Source: Octopus vulgaris (taxonomy: Eukaryota). Taken from it: a stretch of DNA of 64,000 nt. Below the pieces are notes generated by a model. It saw nothing but the letters and a program-made list of their open reading frames with translations. It did no database searches and was not told where the DNA came from. The position numbers and the translations under genes are program-made. Shown piece by piece: positions 54,444 through 64,000 of the stretch. Position 1 is the first letter of the stretch; the number at the start of each line of letters is the position of its first letter. Location of the stretch: positions 138,384,001 through 138,448,000 of the forward strand of contig OX597817.1 in assembly GCA_951406725.2 (NCBI GenBank), written 5' to 3'.

Positions 54444-54467
54444 CACATGCACACACATGCTAACACA
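53620..54467. repeat. Higher-order tandem repeat built from (CA)n/(CT)n blocks
   Basis: Recurring anchors CAGTCTTTCT, CAGTCCCATGCACACACATACAAA and AATCACATGCACACACATACTAACACACGTACG. Confidence 0.85.
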
Positions 54468-56651
54468 TGACCATCCCTGCTGGCGGGAAACACCAAGCGC
54501 ACCCATGTTGCAGATTGAGAAGCGGCGCTGCATTGGTTGCTATATTTAGCGATTCTTTAAGCAGAAAGGAATTCTGTTGCGAAGAGGGATGTCTGTTGTT
54601 TCGGCAAAAGGCCAGATTTGTAAACATCAGAACTGTAGCGGAGAGACCAGACCATTTCCTGCTTTTCACGTTGTCTCCATGTGGTTTTGCAAGTATACGA
54701 GTAGTGAAACAACCATTTTCCAATGCACATGTTATCTACAGTCTGTCACAGGCTTCATGCTGGGTTCATGGTTAAGTTACTCAAATCTGAGACGTCCAGT
54801 CGATCTAGCCGTAAAACAGGTACCACTCGGCCAGATTATCTATGGCAGTGAGTTTAATTTCTCTTTCTCCAGGTTTGACTCAACAGGGATCGATTTTTCT
54901 AGTCTAACAAATCTTAGATACATTACCCAGGGACAACGATTTATATGTCGCCCTGTCGAAAGGACAGATGAACCCAGTGTAGGGGCAGCGAATATCTAGC
55001 AATAGAACGGACCCTCAGAAATTCCGGTTTGTGTCCGGGGTGCTGGAAGACCACTGGGAGCGGTCTAGCAGCCCCTAAGCCTTTCTTAAAGCATGTCTCT
55101 AGAACTCGCTTTAAACCCAAGCTACGTCTGATCCGATAATCAGCGATGGCCTGGTCAGCAAATCCCCTACGACGATGGACTATCGATGGCAAGAGGAACG
55201 CACTACCCCAGAGTGTAACCGGGGACCACATTTGAACTTGTATTCTCACTGAAAGTCCCAACATGACTCGTTGGTCGGAGCCCTTTCAACCCCACTACCT
55301 CCACCGCCGAGTGAATGTCGCTGCATGTACCAGCACACACTGTTTTAAAGTATGTATTTGATCGATCATTCGGGGATTTCAACCCAGAATAGAGAGATAG
55401 TGAACTTAGATACTATAAACCATTTCGAACAGCCTGCAATAGTTTGCGGATGACCTTGTTTTCTGTGACTCGGTATTAAAAGTGATAATGTTAGCGACAG
55501 CTAAAATATGTCGACATCGGCGGTGAAAGAATATGTTCGTGGAATCTAAGTGGGTTGATGGTCTTATTGCACTAGAAATATACTGACATGTACGGGTTAG
55601 GGCTGATACGGTTCAGAACAATAACAACAACGAAGTCTTCGGTGGTCAAGACTGCGTGTGTTAATTGCAAAATAATTTTTATTCTATGTAATTTGATGGA
55701 TGACAAAAGTGTCTCCAATACATTGAGCTGTGCGATGTCTTCAGAAGTTTTCATTCTTGTTGATGATGTTGTTGTTGAGGTTATTGGCTGTTGAGGTCCA
55801 TATCAATAATGATCGAACAATCATATAATCATAGTATTCCCAATGTGTCTGGGGAGAGTCATTTTCTTTTTGGGCCTTTTAACACACTCACCGGTAAAAT
55901 TTCCACTTTTTCTTCTTATTTTTGTCCTAAAATTTTCGTTGCGTCTTGCAACCTTTTCAATAGTTTTGACTATTTTTTGACATTTTCCCAATGTGTCTTT
56001 CTTTTTTAAGATGCTTGTATGTTATTATTCGAGTGAGATTCAGCTGCTATTTCTAGTGGGTGTCGAGATGCATTCTTATCTGATTGAAAATTAAACTGTG
56101 TAAAGCATATAACTTAAGTCGATGATTTAGAATCGTTTTTTTCTAGAAAATTGCGACAAAATTGATTTCACATCATTTAAGTGTTTCAGCCATTTCCAAC
56201 CTTGCTCAAAACCAGTTTTTCAAATACGAAGCCCACCTCCTAAATGTCAGTGATAAATCTTTGTAAGGGAAAGAAGGATATTCTCAGGAACGGATCTTTT
56301 TCAAGAATCACAACCTTCACAATGTTGTTTTTCCCTTTTTATTGGGCTTTTTTTTAAAAAAGAATTATTTCTTTTAGTCGTCACTTCGACTTCCAATCAA
56401 TCCGACAAAGTGGAAGACAAAGTGGAATGTTGATGTGAAATTTCACCTTTGAATAGGATTATTTCATCTTGGCATGAATACCTTATACATTCTGCCCCCC
56501 CCTCTCACACACACAGACACACGCGCGCGCACACATACACACGCACGCACATACACGCGCACAGAAACAAACTCTCTCTCTCGCGCGCGCACATACACAC
56601 GCACACACACACGCTCACACACGCGTGCACATACACATGCATACACACAGA

Positions 56652-56707
<56 letters not shown>

Positions 56708-56783
56708 GGTTCGGCTCTGGGGTTGCTGGCACCCTGGGCAAGCTGAACTTCGCCGTGCATAAGCTGACGGTAGTGGAACTTTT

Positions 56784-57200
56784 AAGGCGGCGAGCTGGCA
56801 TAATCATTAGCGCGCCAGGCGATATGCTTAGCAGTATTTCGTCTGCCGTTACGTTCTGAGTTCAAATTCCGCCGAGGTCGACTTTGCCTTTCATCCTTTC
56901 GGGGTCGATAAATTAAGTACCAGTTAATCACTGGAGTTGATGTAATCGACTTAATACCTATGTCTGTTCTTGTTTGTCCCCTCTATGTTTATTCCCTTGT
57001 GGGTAATAAAGAAATAGGTATGTCGTCTGCCGTTACGTTCTGAGTTCAAATTCCGCCGAGGTCGACTTTGCCTTTCATCCTTTCGGGGTCGATTAAATAA
57101 GTACCAGTTACGCACTGGGGTCGATATAATTGACTTAATCCGTTTGTCTGTCCATGTTTGTCCTGTCTGTGTTTAGCCCCTTGTGGATTGTAAAGAAATA
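56784..57200 (+). mobile_element. SINE family 1 dimer with 15-bp TSD
   Basis: GGTAGTGGAACTTTT at 56769-56783 and 57201-57215 flanks both units. Confidence 0.92.
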
Positions 57201-57824
57201 GGTAGTGGAACTTTTCCTCGTCTTTGCCACACCCTCCTTGGCGCCCATTAACACATGGCAAACCAGGTGACTGCTCGAGTTGCCGGTACCTTAAGCCAGC
57301 CCTGCACCCACGTGTATTATCATTTTATGAAAGAATCTTCGAGTTTTTATTTTTAGCATACTCTGCTGTATTTACTATAATGCCAGCCACTTTCTTCTTC
57401 AATGCGTTAGATATACAAATATTAAAGATATTCAGGAATGAAGCAGTCACCCGTCGAATATCAAACGAAAAGAAAAATAAACAGGAGACGAATGATAAAC
57501 ATGTGTTGAGAGTTTTGCAAAAAGAAACGTGGAACTTATTTTATGCACGGACGACCGGAAGATTTATGGATCACGTGGTATATTATTCCGGTAGTTAATT
57601 TGATCTATGCCTAAATTATGTAACATTACGAAGAAAAAAAGCCTGAAGCAGAATAAAATATGCGGTGAAAGATAAACAATATTAATTAATGTACGAATGA
57701 TAGCTGTGAAAATTATATGACGATGGCGACGACGACGACGATGACGATGACGATGACGATGATGGTGATGATGATGATGATGATGATGATGAGGATAATG
57801 ATGATGGGATGATGATGATGATAA

Positions 57825-58142
57825 TCTTTTCTACCATAGGTAGAAGGCCTGAAATTTTGTGGGGGAGGCTAGTCGCTTATATCGACCCCAGTACGTAACT
57901 GGTACTTATTTCACTGAGCCCGAAAGGATAAAAGGCAAAATCGATCTCGGAACAATAAGCGCAGAGAAACGGGTAAGTCGATTAGCCATACCCCAGTACG
58001 CAACGGGTACTTATTATATCGACCCCGAAAGGATGAAAGAAAAATTCGACCTCAGCGGAATTTGAACTTAGAACGTAAAGACGGACGAAATGCTGCTAGG
58101 CATTTCGCCCGGCGTGCTGAATATTTTGCTAGCTCGCCGCCT
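57825..58142 (-). mobile_element. SINE family 1 variant, partly duplicated
   Basis: Two ..CCCCAGTACG.AAC.GGTACTTATT..CCCGAAAGGAT units and the head CTCGCCGCC. Confidence 0.8.
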
Positions 58143-58299
58143 TAAATAACAACAACAACAACAACAGCAAAAGCAACAACAACAGCAACGACAACAACAA
58201 CAGCAACAACAACAACAATAATAATAATCGTTTCAACAGCCATTTTGTGAGTAAAGAAAAGAATGCATGGTCAATTTCATAGGGATGTTGAAGATAAGA

Positions 58300-59068
58300 C
58301 AGACAGAGAAAAAAATGTCTGTGGATGACTAAAATTGATTTCAAAGCGGAAACGGAGATCAAGCACTAAGAACAAACTACATAAAATACAGAATAGACAA
58401 CACATCAGAAAGTGATAAGTGCAGAATCTGTGAACAAAACGGTGAAACCGTATGGCATATTACCAGCCAATGTACGCCACTAGCCCAGAAGGAAAATAAG
58501 AAACATCATGACAATATAGCCAGGCTTGTCCTTTGGACACTTTGTAACAAGTATGGACTTGACAGAACAACATCTTGGTACGACCACAAACCTGAAAGCA
58601 TCGTCGAAAATAGAAAGGCAAAGATCCTATGGGATTTTATGATTCAGTGCGACCATGATATAGAGAATAGGAAGCCAGATATAGTCTTAATTGTGAAAGA
58701 AAACAAACGATGCTAGTTCATAGATATAACATGCCCAGCTGACAACATGGTGTACGATAAGGAAGAAAGAAAAGTCGAGAGATATGACAGATTAGCTTAG
58801 GAAGTTAAGCAGTTGCGGTCGATTAAAAAGGAAGCAGTAGTACCAATAAGTATCGGAGCTCTGGGAACAGCGAGCAAAAATCTCGAGAAGTACGTGGAAC
58901 AAATAGGGGCTGCAATAAGGGTGGAGCACTTGCAGAAAACAGCACTGCTTGGAACCGCTTGAATACTCCGGAAGGTGCTCGAAAAGTAAGAAGTGTTACC
59001 TTAGTTCACTGGTAGTGAACAGCTGACACTGTAATACATCTCCAGCGCTAGAAGCTGTGCGAAGGCAA
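58300..59068 (+). mobile_element. Dong/R4 3' end (second subfamily), degenerate
   Basis: KAETE..ALRTNYIK..CRICEQNGETVWHITSQC..HD..ILWDFMIQCD..RKPDIV..IDI..VVPI.IGALG..LQKTALLGTA; (TAA)n follows at 59069-59135. Confidence 0.88.
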
Positions 59069-59079
59069 TGATGATAATA

Positions 59080-59190
<111 letters not shown>

Positions 59191-59194
59191 ATTG

Positions 59195-59630
59195 GGTTGA
59201 AAGAATACTGGAGTGGGAGAAATGTAAGATTCTGTGCGACGCTTTTAACGAACAAGAAGCTAGAAAATAATGGACCAGACAAGAAGAATAGACAAGGAAA
59301 AGCGAAGTTGCTTATTACGTTTGTTTGATTCTAGGATCGTAAAGAAAGAAGACGAAATTGTAAAGGTTGTGCCTCTAATAATTGGTACATTAGGCACTGC
59401 AAACAAAGATATAGAGAAATTGTTGAGCCACATTGGAATCGAATGTCCTGTAGAGCTTCTACAGAAAATTTGCTTCTTAGGGACAAGAGAGATTATGAGC
59501 AGGGTTCTAAGCACTTGAAAGACTATTGAAAGACTATTGTGGATACCGAAGGTTTCAGGTAATAACCCGCTATCCACATAAGTTCTACCCCGAATAAAAA
59601 CGAGCCGGAGTCAAATCAATGATAATAATG
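59195..59630 (+). mobile_element. Dong/R4 RLE 3' fragment (third subfamily)
   Basis: KVVPLIIGTLGT..LLQKICFLGTREIMSRVLST*, then UTR and a short TAA tail. Confidence 0.75.
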
Positions 59631-60376
59631 AATATTTGCAAAGAGTGACAACAAAAAAAGAAGCAAAAACAAAAAAACAAAACAACAAAACATGAATTCG
59701 ATTAAGTTTCACAGTCACATTGAACATTATTGAGCATTATCGATTATTATGATTTTGTGATTTGGAAAAAATATTTGTCATTGGATCACGAAGTTAATAT
59801 ATAGAATTGTATATTTGTTGGCAGAGGGAATTGTTAAAAAATGAAATATTTTTTAAAGTGCCATCGTATTAATGAGTATCAGCCAGTGGGTGGTGTGGGG
59901 GAGGGATGAATATTGGAAAGGCATCGAACTTCACTGAAACTAAAATACGATTAAAATTTTGCTTGATGACTTTATTGAAAGATGGAGAGTATTTTAAGAA
60001 GTCAAAATAAAATAAAAAAATAAAAGACAGACCTATTGGTCCATGAACTATTCAAATGTTGATAACCAACAGAATTTGTTTTAAAGGAAAACTTATCGAC
60101 TTCATTTTATTTTCCGCTTCATTAAGATCGCTGCCGGATTTTGACACCAACATCTCTGACCTTCGTTAATCGCTCAATTAGCAATGTCATGAAATTCATC
60201 AGTCACAAATTAATTGAGTTCATATCTTGTTATACCGAGAAGAGTTTTGTCCCCCTCCCATCAACAGGGAAACGACCCTTCTCTCGCTATTTCTCATGCT
60301 ATTTTATCTACAATAACGAGAAATCAAGGTTAGACTTTGATAAACTGTTTGATAAAACGTTATGTTACTGAAGGTG

Positions 60377-60608
60377 AAGGCGGCGAGCTGGCAGAAACAT
60401 TAGCAAGCCGGGCGAAATGCTTAGCGGTATTTCGTCTGCGTTACGTTGTGAGTTCAAATTCCGCCGAGATCGACTTTGCCTTTCATCCTTTCGGGATCGA
60501 TAAATTAAGTACCAGTTACGCACTGGAGTCGATGTAATCGACTTAATACCTATGTCTGTCCTTGTTTGCCCCTTCTATGTTTAGCCCCTTGTGGGTAATA
60601 AAGAAATA
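60377..60608 (+). mobile_element. SINE family 1 with 18-bp TSD
   Basis: GTTATGTTACTGAAGGTG at 60359-60376 and 60609-60626. Confidence 0.93.
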
Positions 60609-61174
60609 GTTATGTTACTGAAGGTGGCGCTGAGGTAGCTGCAAAGTTTTGTTTGATCTCATCAACCCAGAACTAGGGTTCAAATCTAGCAGGGAATACA
60701 TTCTATCATCAGTTCAGTGTTGATAAAGTAAGTACCATTCATATTGGTGATTATTGCATCAAACATATAAAACTAATCTTCAGTAAGTATTAGACTAGGG
60801 AACGAACTCACGATAACGGGGCAAATAGAAAGCCTCTAGGTGGTCGCTCCAACTGCTAGATATTGTAGTGAAATATCCCTCCTATCACACCCAGCAGACT
60901 TAAAAATAGTAATGGACACACTGGATAATGTAGTCTTAGATACGCTATATGTGAAAATCAGTTGGTAATGATTGTCACGGTTGGAATACCTTTGACCCTA
61001 AGTCGACTTGATCAATGCTAAACTGAGCTGAACAACAATAAATTGTAATTGCTCTTCGTCAAATTGTTTCGTTCATTCTTGAAGTGGTTGATAGAATTGG
61101 TGGAATGGCAGGGCAAGGAATGATAGCACTGGAAGAATATGATGACGATTGGTGGGGAATTGGTAGAGGTAGAG

Positions 61175-61390
61175 CATCGTTTGTTTTCTTTCTCAATTAA
61201 CACTATGTCCGGCTTCATATTTTCTATCTCATGGTCGCACTGAATCATAAAATCCCATAGGATCTTTGCATTTTTATTTTTACAATGCCTTCAGGTTTGT
61301 GGTTGTACCAAATTTTTTGCTCTGTCAAGTCCATACTTGTTGTAAAGTGTCCAATGGACAAGCCTGGCTATATTGTCGTGGTGTCTCTTA
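61175..61390 (-). mobile_element. Dong/R4 internal fragment
   Basis: KILWDFMIQCDHEIENMKPDIVLIEKENKRC; homologous to 58505-58715. Confidence 0.8.
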
Positions 61391-61714
61391 TATTCCTTTT
61401 CAGAATTCAAGTTTTCCTGGGGGAGACTTTCACTTTATTCCACCAGATCCGATCAAGAAAATACCAGTCAAAAACTGGGGTCAGTTTAATCATGTGTTCG
61501 AGGCATTGTCCACTGTGTCTTTAGATGTTTGTATAAGAGGAGGATATCTTTTGACTCTGAATTCTTGCAGTTTGGCTTTTCATGCTTCGTGAGGAAAATA
61601 TAGAAGCCAAGTTGTAAAAAAAAAAGATTGTCGATGGAAGCAATTAAAAAAATGTGTTTTATTTATACATATAGGCAGTTGTGTATAGAGCGCAGATGAG
61701 TCATTCTGTGAATT

Positions 61715-61954
61715 ATGGCGACAAAGGTTCGCGTTGAACCGATCAAAGGAGCAGCCTGCTCGTGAAATTAATGTGCATGTGGCTGAGTACTCCACAGACT
61801 CGCATAACTTTAATGTAATTTGAATTACACGTACTGCTTATTATTGCCAGCTGTGGAAACTGGAGCAGCGTGGAGTAAAGTAGTTTGTTTAAGGACACAC
61901 GCGTGTCGCCGGGTATCGAACTCACGACCTTACGATCTTGAGCCGAATACCCTA

Positions 61955-61955
<1 letters not shown>
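61715..61955 (-). mobile_element. SINE family 3
   Basis: Reverse-complement paralog of 28958-29245 (GTAAGGTCGTGAGTTCGATACCCGG). Confidence 0.8.
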
Positions 61956-61990
<35 letters not shown>

Positions 61991-62018
61991 CACACGCGCG
62001 CGCACACACACACACGCA

Positions 62019-62081
<63 letters not shown>

Positions 62082-62114
62082 TATTTTATTGAAGCCGAAA
62101 AAGAGCTTCAGAAG

Positions 62115-62155
62115 CTGTTACTCAGAGTTTCACGTCACCGTTCATCATCAGAGAG
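62115..62155 (-). ncRNA. Degenerate hammerhead motif, family F
   Basis: Minus strand: CTGATGATGA-ACG gtga CGT-GAAA-CTC t GAG-TA-ACAG; the 3' half also occurs at 40923-40942 (+). Confidence 0.45.
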
Positions 62156-62220
62156 TTGTGATCATGCAAACTAGTAAAATGTTAATTTTGAGTCTATAAA
62201 AGCATTCATGGTTAGCAATA

Positions 62221-62385
62221 GGCGCAGGAGTGGCTGTGTGGTAAGAAGCTTGCGTCCCAACCACATGGTTCTGGATTCAGTCCCAATGCGTGGAACTTTG
62301 GACAAGAGTCTTCTACTGTAGCCTCAGGCTGATCAAAGCCTTGTGAGTGGATTTGGTAGATGGAAACTGAAAGAATCCTGTCGTA
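62221..62385 (+). mobile_element. SINE family 2, 5' half
   Basis: GGCGCAGGAGTGGCTGTGTGGTAAGAAGCTTGC..GAAACTGAAAGAA. Confidence 0.85.
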
Positions 62386-62393
62386 TATATATA

Positions 62394-62630
62394 TCTATAT
62401 ATATAAAACTGAGAATGGGTCTGTCTGTCTGTCTGTGTGAATCCGTAAAACTTGAGAACTACACAACCAATTTCATTCAAATTTTACACATGCCTTACGT
62501 AGAGTCCATGGAGTGTCATGGGCAAAAAATATTTAACTTCTTGCCTAGGGCGACCCCACAGCAATATCATATCTTCTCCACTATTTCACTATTACGTGTT
62601 AAAAGTGAAACAAAAACATCTCTCTATTGT
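62394..62630 (+). mobile_element. Helitron 5' portion (family of 47025-48203)
   Basis: A|TCTATATATATAAAACTGAGAATG; body matches 47040-47410. Confidence 0.75.
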
Positions 62631-62639
62631 ATGTATATG

Positions 62640-62702
<63 letters not shown>

Positions 62703-62904
62703 TTATATATAGCTGTATATGTATACATGTATATGGATAGCTGTATATGTATAGATGTATTTCTATAGATATACATGTATGTGTATACACGGTACAATAA
62801 ATTCAGGGTGAATACTTGATAAATGTAAGCACCTGTATATGCCAGCTAGTGGTATAGGTGATAGGATATATGTATCAAAAGAAAAACAGGATGCAAAGGA
62901 TCTT

Positions 62905-62991
62905 GCAGTACATATGTTTCGGGCTTTATTGAACAACTTATATCAATGCATAATTGATATAACAGGTAGATCAAAAGCCTTCTTCAGCCGC
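62905..62991 (-). ncRNA. Type I hammerhead ribozyme, family G (minus copy)
   Basis: Reverse complement of 63423-63509. Confidence 0.8.
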
Positions 62992-63422
62992 GTACAATTA
63001 CCACACCAAAGACATGTATCACATAACAGGTTTGAGAAAAAGTTTGAGAAAAACCGAGTTTCATTGGGAAAGTAAATCCTCATAGGCGTACATGGTATTG
63101 CGAGGCTCCAAAACAAATCGTCCATACCGTTTTTTCACTCGATAAAGAATGAATACTGGGTAGATTACTTCATTAAAGTTTCACCCCCGTCCCCTCCTTT
63201 CCTCTTTCTCTCAGCATCCAATTCCTTCCCTTATATGAAGTAATCTACCCAGTATTCATTCTTTATCGAGTGAAAAAACGGTATGGACGATTTGTTTTTG
63301 AGTCTCGCAATACCATGTACGCCTATGAGGATTTACTTTCCCAAAGAAACTCGGTTTTTTTTCTTAAACTTTTTCTCAAACCTGCTATAATGTGATACAT
63401 GTCTTTGGTGTGGTAATTGTAC

Positions 63423-63509
63423 GCGGCTGAAGAAGGCTTTTGATCTACCTGTTATATCAATTATGCATTGATATAAGTTGTTCAATAAAGCCCGAAACAT
63501 ATGTACTGC
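63423..63509 (+). ncRNA. Type I hammerhead ribozyme, family G (plus copy)
   Basis: GCGG-CTGAAGA-aGGCTTT..TTATATCAAT tatgc ATTGATATAA..AAAGCCc-GAAACATATGTA-CTGC; palindromic stem III ACATATGT; predicted cleavage after 63505. Confidence 0.82.
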
Positions 63510-63672
63510 AAGATCCTTTGCGTCCTGTATGTGTATACATGTATGTCTAGATGTATATATATAGATGTACATGTAATATGTACACATATATATACACATA
63601 TATACATGCATACATATATACACCCATACACACACACATACACACCCACCCACACATACACACACATACATA

Positions 63673-63990
63673 GGTGCAGGTGTGGCTGTGTGGTAACAAA
63701 CTTGGTTCCAAAACACATGGTCCTCAGTTCAGTCCCACTGTGTGGTAACTTGGAATGTGTCTTCTGCTATAGCCTCAGACCAACCAAAGCCTTGTCAGTG
63801 GATTTTGTTGACAGAAACTGAAAGAAATCAATTGTATGTATATGTATGTATATATGTAAGTCTATGTGTGTGTCTTTGTGTTTCTCCCTCATCACTGCTT
63901 CACAACTGGTTTTCGTTTATTTACATCCCCAGAACTTACTGGTGTCACAAGAAAAAACTGATAGAATAAGTTCCAGGCTTATCAAAATAT
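63673..63990 (+). mobile_element. SINE family 2 (degenerate)
   Basis: GGTGCAGGTGTGGCTGTGTGGTAA..CAGTTCAGTCCCACTG..ACCAAAGCCTTGT..GATAGAATAAGT. Confidence 0.8.
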
Positions 63991-64000
63991 AAAAAAGCAC

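Larger units (their letters stand above)
62886..63528. mobile_element. Fold-back Penelope-like element, family G: about 290-bp inverted arms, 61-bp spacer
   Basis: 62886-63173 versus 63235-63528 are reverse complements; the ORF track gives the same peptide QDAKDLAVHMFRALL.. on both strands. Confidence 0.93.

Noticed and set aside
62839-63075. Duplicated small protein gene (same peptide at 63333-63716)
   Set aside because: The identity comes from the inverted repeat; no recognisable domain, and the region is better explained as ribozyme-bearing non-coding sequence.

Overview
AT-rich, microsatellite-dense eukaryotic intergenic or intronic DNA. The repeat families (three tRNA-derived SINEs, Dong/R4, RTE and CR1 LINEs, mariner/Tc1/maT remnants) and the extreme simple-repeat load suggest an octopus or other coleoid cephalopod; this is an inference. 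No intact host gene is visible, and almost all ORFs in the track are microsatellite artefacts. The only long intact ORF is a 5'-truncated CR1-type reverse transcriptase (about 30984-32438). The most striking signal is about a dozen minimal type I hammerhead ribozyme (HHR) motifs from about seven different Penelope-like repeat families. Most have loop-less palindromic stem III, two families carry a compensatory U3-A8 core, two have hairpin-extended stem II, and two sit in fold-back palindromes with one HHR on each strand. Also present: a head-to-tail Helitron concatemer carrying a captured SINE, a Dong/R4 pile-up in (TAA)n tracts, a 157-bp-arm hairpin, two minisatellites and a possible decayed sushi/CCP-repeat pseudogene. 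All calls were made by eye and boundaries are approximate unless stated.
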